Assembly (NCBI GenBank): GCA_041659405.1
Contig: JBAZYK010000014.1
Span: 1 to 32,000, forward strand
Direction: 5' to 3'
DNA: 32,000 nucleotides
Source of the DNA: Candidatus Altimarinota bacterium
GTDB taxonomy: Bacteria > Patescibacteriota > Gracilibacteria > UBA1369
Shown here: positions 1 to 6,621 of the stretch, one piece after another
How positions within the stretch are numbered: the stretch's first letter is position 1
Layout of the letters: each line of letters opens with the position of its first letter
Made by a program: the position numbers and the translations under genes
The notes under the pieces: generated by a model
The model's database searches: none
The model's input: the letters and a program-made list of their open reading frames with translations, nothing else
Told to the model about the DNA's origin: nothing

Positions 1-87
1 TACTTTCATTTCTACAACAATGTTCGTCCTCACCAGTCACTCAACTACAAAACCCCAGCCCAAATTTATTTCCAAAATCTCTCTTAA
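1..87 (+). mobile_element. 3' end of a transposase gene (rve/DDE integrase-type, IS3/IS481-like); the gene starts upstream of the window
   Basis: Frame 1 reads YFHFYNNVRPHQSLNYKTPAQIYFQNLS* with the stop at 85-87. The FYNxxRPHxSLxYxTPxxxY block is the characteristic C-terminal tail of rve-domain transposases. Only 28 aa are visible, so the IS family cannot be assigned. Confidence 0.6.
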
Positions 88-1084
88 AAATCTCAAAAAA
101 CTGTCTGGACAAAGGGAACCACTTTAGTTTTTGTGTGTCATAACCCAACCATTCTGATTTATCAGCAGGTTGCAAGCATCTTATTCTCCACACATTATCA
201 ATTTGCCGTTCCGTACTTAAATAAGTAATAGTTTTTCCATTCTCATCTTTATCATTAACGATTTTTCCACCAATAAAATGGTATTTTAACTTTTTCACTG
301 GTTTATCTCGAGGTTCTTTTTGATGATTGAAAATAAAATTTTTCCTATTTTTTACATAATATAAAATACTATCTGTTGCTCTAGGGAATACATTTTTACT
401 TGCTCCGTGTAATTTATTGTAATAGTACCAATATATCTCATTCTGAAAATTATCTATTCCAAAAATTTCATTTAATATAAAACGCAATGCAGGAGACATT
501 CTCCAGTCACAATGGACATAAATGCTACCGTCGTCCGCCAATAAATCGTGCATCAATTTTAATCGCTCGTAAATCATTGCGATAAAACTATCTGCACCCT
601 TACCCCAAGTGTCACGATAGGCAAGTTCTTCAATAACTGAAGGTTTTTTGGTGAATTCTTCTTCTCCAATTTCTATATTTATAGAAAAATCCGCACCCAC
701 ATCAAATGGTGGATCAATATAAATCAGCTTTAAACCACCCTGCGCTTCTATTTCCTTGCGCAGCGGACCGTTTTTAAGTGATGAGAGGATAAGTTTATTG
801 TCCCCCCAAATCAACTTATTGGTCCAACCGGAAATTTGCCTACCGGTCATATCAAAAAGCGACCCCTGGGCATTACCAAATTTTTCATCGCTTCGCGGCT
901 CATCAATCTGTTCAATCACCTGAAAAGGCAAAACGACATTGGTCACTTCATTGGTTTTACCATTCCACAGCAATTCGACCTCACGGTCATCATCAAACAG
1001 TAAAAAACGATACTTTTCTGGTAAAGGTTTACCAGCTTCCAGATATTTAATAACATCTCGTTTTTCGTTATCGGTAAGGTGCAT
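41..1084 (-). pseudogene. Beta-class (Mod-like, N6-adenine/N4-cytosine) DNA methyltransferase, 3'-truncated by the adjacent IS
   Basis: Catalytic motif IV is present as IYIDPPFDVGADF. The N-terminus (ELLWNGKTNEV..LPFQVIE) looks like Mod/COG2189-type enzymes. The ORF reaches GYDTQK at about 128-145, the block that normally precedes AdoMet motif I (FxGxG). It then continues as unrelated sequence (LKWFPLSRQFFEIFKRDF...) into the IS end. No FxGxG motif is present anywhere in the ORF. Confidence 0.7.
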
Positions 1085-1099
1085 CGCTATTAAAATGAT

Positions 1100-1174
1100 G
1101 ACTATAAGTATCTAACCGAAAGCTACCTTAGCATAAGATTTATGATACTCATAGTCCGTCGCCTTATAAACATC
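1100..1174. promoter_or_regulatory. Divergent control region with two C-box-like palindromes (candidate operators)
   Basis: GACTATAAGTATC (1100-1112) and GATACTCATAGTC (1144-1156) are 12/13 reverse complements of each other. Each is itself an imperfect GACT-N3-AGTC palindrome. The second is followed by CGTC and a degenerate third box, GCCTTATAAAC (1161-1171). The region lies between the methyltransferase ATG (1084, minus strand) and the HTH gene ATG (1195, plus strand). Confidence 0.35.
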
Positions 1175-1194
1175 ACAGTCCTATTCTAAAAAAC

Positions 1195-1416
1195 ATGAAA
1201 AAGAATAGCGACATACTTAAAAAATTCGGGCAGAGGATTAAGAAACTCCGACTAGAGAATGGCATCACATCTCAAATGGCTTTGGCTTTAAAAACGGGGA
1301 TGGATCGCACTTATATTGGAGGTATTGAACGAGGCGAACGAAATGTCGCACTAATAAACATAGAAAAACTAGCAAAAGCTTTTGGCATCAGTATGGATGA
1401 GCTGTTTAAGTTCTAA
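1195..1416 (+). CDS. XRE-family helix-turn-helix regulator resembling restriction-modification controller (C) proteins
   Basis: The 73 aa product contains LRLENGITSQMALALKTGMDRTYIGGIERGERNVALINIEKLAKAFGI. This matches the RTYIxxIERGxRNxxLxNIxKLAxAL pattern I associate with C.PvuII-type controller proteins. The gene is divergent from a methyltransferase gene. Confidence 0.75.
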   Translation: MKKNSDILKKFGQRIKKLRLENGITSQMALALKTGMDRTYIGGIERGERNVALINIEKLAKAFGISMDELFKF

Positions 1417-1457
1417 TCCCGGTCGCGCTAAAAGTCGCATACGACAGATTTTATTCA

Positions 1458-1486
1458 TTTACATAAATTATCGAAATAGTTATAAT
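1458..1486 (+). promoter_or_regulatory. Candidate sigma70-type promoter for hicB-hicA
   Basis: TTTACA (1458-1463), a 17 nt spacer, then TATAAT (1481-1486). The hicB ATG at 1496 is only 10 nt past the -10 element, which implies a leaderless or near-leaderless transcript. Confidence 0.35.
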
Positions 1487-1495
1487 CCAACCACT

Positions 1496-1789
1496 ATGAA
1501 AATTATCCAATCTGTAAAAATAGGATTGCAAGTCACAGTTATCAAACAGGGCAAGCAATTTGTTGCTTATGCTCCTGCTTTAGACATATCCACTTCCGGC
1601 AAGACCTTAAAAGAAGCACAAAAACGATTCTCGGAGCTCGTTAACATTTTTATTGATGAACTTATTGAAAAAAACACATTGGAGGAAGTTTTTACCGGGC
1701 TTGGATGGAGCAAAGTAAAAAAACAATGGGAACCTCCTGAAATAGTATCCCAAAAATCAGTAGATATTCGCTTACCAGTAGCCGCATAA
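1496..1789 (+). CDS. hicB: HicB-family antitoxin, short form with the N-terminal HicB fold only
   Basis: Uses the internal ATG of ORF 1382-1789. KQFVAYAPALDISTSGKTLKEAQKRFSELVNIFIDELIE is a typical HicB/UPF0150 core. No RHH or HTH DNA-binding tail is present. The stop lies 1 nt before the hicA ATG. Confidence 0.7.
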   Translation: MKIIQSVKIGLQVTVIKQGKQFVAYAPALDISTSGKTLKEAQKRFSELVNIFIDELIEKNTLEEVFTGLGWSKVKKQWEPPEIVSQKSVDIRLPVAA

Positions 1790-1790
1790 T

Positions 1791-2021
1791 ATGGGTCAAC
1801 TTGGTTCAATTCATTGGAAAAAATTCGAAAAATTTCTTTTTAAAATAGGCTGTGAATTCAAAAGAGAAAAAGGGGACCACAGAATATACTGGAAAACAGG
1901 CTTAAATCGTCCCATTGTAATCCCAAGAGATAGAATTTTGCCTCCTTTTATAATAATGAACAACCTAAGAGTTCTTGGTATATCCAAGGATGATTTCATG
2001 AAAATTATTTCAGAATTGTAG
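1791..2021 (+). CDS. hicA: HicA-family mRNA interferase toxin
   Basis: The 76 aa product has KFEKFLFKIGCEFKREKGDHRIYWK...PIVIPRDRILPPFIIMNNLRVLGISKDDF, matching the HicA/YcfA pattern G(S/D)H...vP...l..g.l..il...gi. It retains the His of the G-x-H motif. Confidence 0.75.
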   Translation: MGQLGSIHWKKFEKFLFKIGCEFKREKGDHRIYWKTGLNRPIVIPRDRILPPFIIMNNLRVLGISKDDFMKIISEL

Positions 2022-2219
2022 TAAACTAAGGCGCAATTACTTTATTAGAGAATTCTGCAAGCTGCTCTGGCGCAGACGTGACTTGATCACCTTCCAGTCT
2101 ATTCAACAGTGCTGCACAAACTATCGTTGCTGGAATGCCCGCCCTTAAACAAAAAGCCGCAAACGCATTTGACAAATCAACAATAAATACCTACAATACC
2201 ACCTATTCATAAAATTTCC

Positions 2220-2932
2220 ATGTCAGAACGAAAGCAATACAAAGGTTACGATTTACATATAGCTGATGAGCCACGGAGAGACATGCCCGAGTTCTTGCGT
2301 GAACATGGTTTGATGCAACGTGCACAATTAACTCCTTTAAGTACTCCCGCAAATATTGAAGAGGAATTGGCAGGAATAAGAGCCCAAAAGATTCAAACAG
2401 CTTCATCTATTTTTGAAAAGAATCGAGTTCCGGTCAGAGGCGCATTAAGAGCTATTGTAGGCTATGCGTTTGATGAATTTAATCTTCCCAAATCCGGTGG
2501 GGTTGATATTGGCTCCGGAGCAACCGGCGAAATGGTTGAAGAATTATTACCACGAAGCGTTACACAAAGTTCCTGGGTTCAACTGGAAGCCAATCCGTCA
2601 GCAGTTAAAGAAAATCAACGAAGACATCCAAATTCCAGAATTGTAGAAGGTTCATACCTGAATATGGGCGTAAGTGGCTTGGATATTGTAACTAGAACGC
2701 CGTTAGCGTGGGTGAACTTTTCCGTAGAAATTTAGGAAGAACCATTGAAAATAATTCCGGCATGGAGCTGTTATTTAATCAGTGGGTTACCGCCCGCAAG
2801 CCGATTGATGGACCTCCCGCTCTTTGGTACTTTATGAATATTCTTTTAAGAGCGGAGTATTTTCCACCGGAAACAGAGCAGGTGGAAGAAGTCTCGGCTG
2901 TGGTTACGGTTGCAAGGAAGAGGGCTGCTTAA
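2220..2932 (+). pseudogene. Class I SAM-dependent methyltransferase-like gene, apparently frameshifted or decayed
   Basis: ORF 2220-2735 carries a motif I-like GVDIGSGATGEMVEELL and then stops. A second ORF (2708-2932, another frame, GTG start) continues coding-like sequence. The frame switch must fall within 2696-2735. The segment is visibly GC-richer than its neighbours. Confidence 0.35.
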
Positions 2933-2983
2933 AAAATGTATTTATTTCAAAAAAGTCTTTTTGCTTAAGATAAGCTAATAATA

Positions 2984-3022
2984 TTGCTTTTAAAAGTACT
3001 TGTATATTATAATGCACAAGTA
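2984..3022 (+). promoter_or_regulatory. Candidate promoter with an inverted repeat bracketing the -10 element, upstream of the AAA+ ATPase gene
   Basis: TTGCTT (2984-2989), an 18 nt spacer, then TATAAT (3008-3013). A 7 bp inverted repeat, TACTTGT (2997-3003) and ACAAGTA (3016-3022), flanks the -10 element. The ATG is at 3046. Confidence 0.35.
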
Positions 3023-3045
3023 AATGCCCTTTAATGTATATTTAA

Positions 3046-4491
3046 ATGAACAAGAAAGAAGAAATCCTGTTTTTCCTCCAGAATCAGATCCAAACCAACG
3101 CTGAAAGGTTGAAAAACTATACAGAAGACTCAAGTGGTAAAGAATACCCAAGACGACATGCTTTCATAAAATTACAGAAATATGTGAGTGAATTTATGAA
3201 AGGAAATAAAGATCAAAGATGGGTCATCATTCCAGGTCTTCGTGGTGTAGGTAAAACAACACTATTATCTCAAATATACTTTAACTGCCTTGAAACCTAT
3301 AAAGAACTTACGCCTCAAAATGTTTTGTATATTTCAGTTGATGATATTAAAACCAAGCTCGATGTAACACTGGACGAGGTTTTAACAGTTTATTTTGAGA
3401 TTTTAAGAACCAGAATCGAAGAACTAAAGCATCCAGTAATCCTTTTTCTTGATGAAGTTCAATATGATTCAGAGTGGGCTAAAGTTTTAAAAATTGCCTG
3501 GGATAAGACTAAAAATCTTTTTATATTTTGCAGTGGCTCTTCAGCAATTTCTCTACAGACAAATCCAGATGCAGCAAGACGGTCTGTGGTTGAGAAGGTA
3601 TATCCTGTGAGCTTTGGAGAATTTTTAATGATCAAATATGGTATTTTGCCGGAGAAATCTCTTAAGAAAGAATTAAAGAGCGCAATATATTCATCTGCCA
3701 ATGCTGAAGATGTATTTAAAAAATTAAAGCAAATTGAAAGTAAGACCTCGCTTGCTTGGACAAAGGCTCCAAGGTACGCTCAAATTGAATATCTCGAAAC
3801 AGGTTCATTGCCTTTCGCAATCAATGCCCCGAATAAAGAAAAAATTTATGATGTTATTGATCAACTCTTAGATAAAATTATCAGCAAAGACATACAGTCT
3901 CTTGGTAAATTCGATTCAGATACACTTGGCATAATAAAGAGAATGCTTTTGATTGTTGCCGAATCAGACACCATTAGTTACAGCACTCTGGAAAGATTGC
4001 TTCCAATCAAGCGTATTACAATTATGAATGTCTTTGATGTACTGGAAAAGGCCGAGTTGATTATCAAAGTTCCCGCCTATGGCTCCAGCACAACAGTGGC
4101 TAAAAAACCAGCAAAATACCTCTTTATGTCTCCTGCAATAAGACAAGCATTGATGAGTATCACAGGTCTTCCAGAAACCCAAAGAACAAGAGAAGGAAAG
4201 TTGATTGAAGATGTTGTTGGTATGCATCTGTACAGAGAATTTTTAACCCCAGCAATAGGCGTCTTAACTTACGACAATGCTCAAGCTGGCGCTGATTTTA
4301 TTTTACAAATAGCTAATCAAAGACAAATAGCTATAGAGATTGGCAGAGGTAAAAAGGGCTGTAAACAGGTCTTAAATACAATGCAAAAAGTAAAATGCGA
4401 CTACGGTTTATCTTTTGGAAAGAATGAACTTACCTTACACAAAGACGATAATATAGTTCAAATTCCTTCATATTATTTTCTTTTAATGTAA
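3046..4491 (+). CDS. AAA+ superfamily ATPase (COG1373-like, AAA_14 plus DUF4143 architecture)
   Basis: Walker A is PGLRGVGKTTLL and Walker B is ILFLDEVQ. The C-terminal region has a D...E.K pattern (GADFILQIANQRQIAIEIGRGKK) consistent with the PD-(D/E)xK-like module of DUF4143 proteins. Confidence 0.8.
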   Translation: MNKKEEILFFLQNQIQTNAERLKNYTEDSSGKEYPRRHAFIKLQKYVSEFMKGNKDQRWVIIPGLRGVGKTTLLSQIYFNCLETYKELTPQNVLYISVDDIKTKLDVTLDEVLTVYFEILRTRIEELKHPVILFLDEVQYDSEWAKVLKIAWDKTKNLFIFCSGSSAISLQTNPDAARRSVVEKVYPVSFGEFLMIKYGILPEKSLKKELKSAIYSSANAEDVFKKLKQIESKTSLAWTKAPRYAQIEYLETGSLPFAINAPNKEKIYDVIDQLLDKIISKDIQSLGKFDSDTLGIIKRMLLIVAESDTISYSTLERLLPIKRITIMNVFDVLEKAELIIKVPAYGSSTTVAKKPAKYLFMSPAIRQALMSITGLPETQRTREGKLIEDVVGMHLYREFLTPAIGVLTYDNAQAGADFILQIANQRQIAIEIGRGKKGCKQVLNTMQKVKCDYGLSFGKNELTLHKDDNIVQIPSYYFLLM

Positions 4492-4634
4492 GCAAGGAAT
4501 AATCGCAAAACCTTGCGTGTAAAAAAGTGATGTTTTCCTTATATTCAATGACCCTCGGGTAAAGCCCCAGGGTCGCTGGCTGCCACTTTTAGGCATATGC
4601 GACATTGAAATTTTGGCAGAGGAATAACATCTTT

Positions 4635-4709
4635 TGGTTGCGGGGGATGGATTCGAACCACCGACCTCCGGGTTATGAGCCCGACGAGCTGCCACTGCTC
4701 TACCCCGCG
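4635..4709 (-). tRNA. Initiator tRNA-fMet (anticodon CAT), with encoded CCA
   Basis: Reverse complement: CGCGGGG TA GAGC AGTGGCA GCTC G TCGGG CTCATAA CCCGG AGGTC GGTGG TTCGAAT CCATC CCCCGCA A CCA (75 nt). The cloverleaf folds. The C1:A72 mismatch and three G:C pairs closing the anticodon stem are bacterial initiator hallmarks. The sequence is close to E. coli tRNA-fMet as I recall it. Confidence 0.95.
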
Positions 4710-4752
4710 TCGCAATAAATTCCTAACTTAATTCCGCTCTACACTACGTTCT

Positions 4753-5160
4753 TTAGGCGTGAATGTCAAAGAAAAATTTCCACCACTTTTGCGGATTACT
4801 CAAGGATCTAACCGCTAAATCACTGGTGTTGGTTCCATTATTTTGATCCGCGCCATTAACCGGTAAATCGGAGGAGGGGATCACAATTACCTGTTCCCCC
4901 GGCTTCACCAAGCCCAAATTCTGCTTGGCGATTTTTTCCACGTAAGCATTGGAACTATAATAACCATAATCGAGCTCCTTTTGCTTATTATCCAGAGCGA
5001 TTTTCTCGTTATCACTCATGAAAGTTGCGATGTGCTGGTCGATCTGATAGCTCTTATAAACCGACACCGTTAACGTATAAAGCAAATAAGAAACTACCAA
5101 AAATTCAACAATTATAACCATTTTTGTGACTTTTGAGGTATGATTAAGGTTGAAAGCCAT
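4753..5160 (-). CDS. Septum formation initiator family protein (FtsB/DivIC-like)
   Basis: A single N-terminal TM segment (VIIVEFLVVSYLLYTLTV) is followed by a coiled-coil and the conserved YVEKIAKQNLGLVKPGEQVIVI motif. The start is ambiguous: ATG at 5160 is preferred, with alternatives at 5211 and 5121. Confidence 0.65.
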   Translation of the reverse strand: MAFNLNHTSKVTKMVIIVEFLVVSYLLYTLTVSVYKSYQIDQHIATFMSDNEKIALDNKQKELDYGYYSSNAYVEKIAKQNLGLVKPGEQVIVIPSSDLPVNGADQNNGTNTSDLAVRSLSNPQKWWKFFFDIHA

Positions 5161-5162
5161 AG

Positions 5163-6584
5163 TTGAAAAAAATGCTAAAAAAAATATACTATAAAGGCTT
5201 AAATATCGCAAATCGCATGATCAACGAATTACAATCGGCAAAAAACATCCATTTTATTGGAATTGGCGGCAGCGGCATGAGCGGTTTAGCCCGAATTTTA
5301 AATATTATCGGCAAAAAAATCAGCGGATCCGACCAAAACGTAAGCAATACTTTTCTTGCATTAAAAAGCGAAAATCTAAAAATTCACGCCGGGCACAAAG
5401 CGCAAAACATTCCGGCAAAAACCGATTTGGTTGTATATTCCGCGGCAGTTCCCAAAAAAAATCCGGAATTGCTGGAAGCACAAAAACGCAAGTTGCCTTG
5501 CTTAACTTATCCGCAGGCAGTTGGCCTTTTAACGCAGCATTATCAAACAATCAGCATTTGCGGGACTCATGGGAAAACCACTGTAACGGCCATGACAGCC
5601 TTAAGTTTTGCAGCTGCCAAACAGGATCCAACCGTAATTGTGGGCGCGACTTTAAAGGAATTTAATCACAAAAATGAAAGGTTTGGCAAAAGCGAATATT
5701 TTATTTTGGAAAGTTGCGAATATCGCCGGGGCTTTTTGAATTATCATCCAAAGGTGATCGTAATAACCAACATTGAACCTGATCATCTGGATTACTACAA
5801 AAATTTGCAGGATTACCGCAGTGCCTTTCAGGAATTTTGCGAAAAATTACCCAAAGATGGCTTGATCATCTGTAATTCCGACGATGAAAACATTAACTAT
5901 GTTATGGGAAAAATCAAAAATCATCCTAAAATTATAACTTTCGGCACAAATAAAAAGGCGGATTATCAAATCAAATCCAATAAAATTTATCACAATAAAA
6001 AACTTCTGGGTTCATTGGACTTAAAAATTCCCGGCCAACACAATTTAATGAACGCCGCAGCAGCAATAGCCTTAACTCATCATTTAAAATTTGATTTAGG
6101 TAAGATTTTCCAGGCTTTAAATAATTATCACGGAGCATCACGCCGTTTTGAGGTTAAAGGCAAAATCGGCAAAACCGTTTTTATTGATGATTACGGCCAC
6201 CATCCAACCGAAATTAAAGCCACACTCAAAGCCGCGCGTGAAAAATTCGGCAAAAAAAAGATTCTCTGTATTTTTCAGCCGCACCAATATAGCCGGACCT
6301 ACAAGCTATTAAACGGCTTTGCTGATTCTTTTAATGACGTCGATGAAGTGATTATCCCAAATATTTTAAACGTTCGTGATTCCGCAGCCGACCTCAAGAA
6401 AATCAATGAACAAATTCTCGTCCAAAAAATTGCCAAATTTCAGCCAAACGTTTCTTATGGCAAAGGATTGGAAAACACGACAAAAATAGTCCAGAAAAAA
6501 CTTAAGGACTACGACGTCATCATCACCATGGGGGCAGGGGACGTGTACAAACTCGCCGACAATCTTCTGAAAAAGCACCAGTAA
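5163..6584 (+). CDS. murC: UDP-N-acetylmuramate--L-alanine ligase
   Basis: Contains HFIGIGGSGMSGLA, the Mur ligase P-loop ICGTHGKTT, and DDYGHHPTEI. The start is uncertain: TTG at 5163, ATG at 5172 or ATG at 5217. Confidence 0.93.
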   Translation: MKKMLKKIYYKGLNIANRMINELQSAKNIHFIGIGGSGMSGLARILNIIGKKISGSDQNVSNTFLALKSENLKIHAGHKAQNIPAKTDLVVYSAAVPKKNPELLEAQKRKLPCLTYPQAVGLLTQHYQTISICGTHGKTTVTAMTALSFAAAKQDPTVIVGATLKEFNHKNERFGKSEYFILESCEYRRGFLNYHPKVIVITNIEPDHLDYYKNLQDYRSAFQEFCEKLPKDGLIICNSDDENINYVMGKIKNHPKIITFGTNKKADYQIKSNKIYHNKKLLGSLDLKIPGQHNLMNAAAAIALTHHLKFDLGKIFQALNNYHGASRRFEVKGKIGKTVFIDDYGHHPTEIKATLKAAREKFGKKKILCIFQPHQYSRTYKLLNGFADSFNDVDEVIIPNILNVRDSAADLKKINEQILVQKIAKFQPNVSYGKGLENTTKIVQKKLKDYDVIITMGAGDVYKLADNLLKKHQ

Positions 6585-6621
6585 TTGCGGCGCTTGCCAG
6601 CAAACCTCCCGGCAGACCCAC

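Noticed and set aside
1382-1495. N-terminal 38-codon extension of the HicB ORF, overlapping the HTH gene
   Set aside because: The extension (MASVWMSCLSSNPGRAKSRIRQILF...) has no HicB-like sequence. It also contains the candidate promoter (1458-1486). The conserved HicB core starts at the ATG at 1496.
2028-2190. Minus-strand open stretch of about 50 codons ending ...LEGDQVTSAPEQLAEFSNKVIAP*, considered as a gene
   Set aside because: It has no ATG start and no recognisable motif, and it falls below the ORF-track length cut-off. I keep it only as a possible remnant within the decayed-segment finding, not as a feature.
4483-4695. 70 aa minus-strand ORF from the track
   Set aside because: It runs straight through the tRNA-fMet gene (4635-4709) and the structured spacer. 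The translation (…AHNPEVGGSNPSPATK…) is the typical artefact of reading a tRNA T-arm and acceptor stem.
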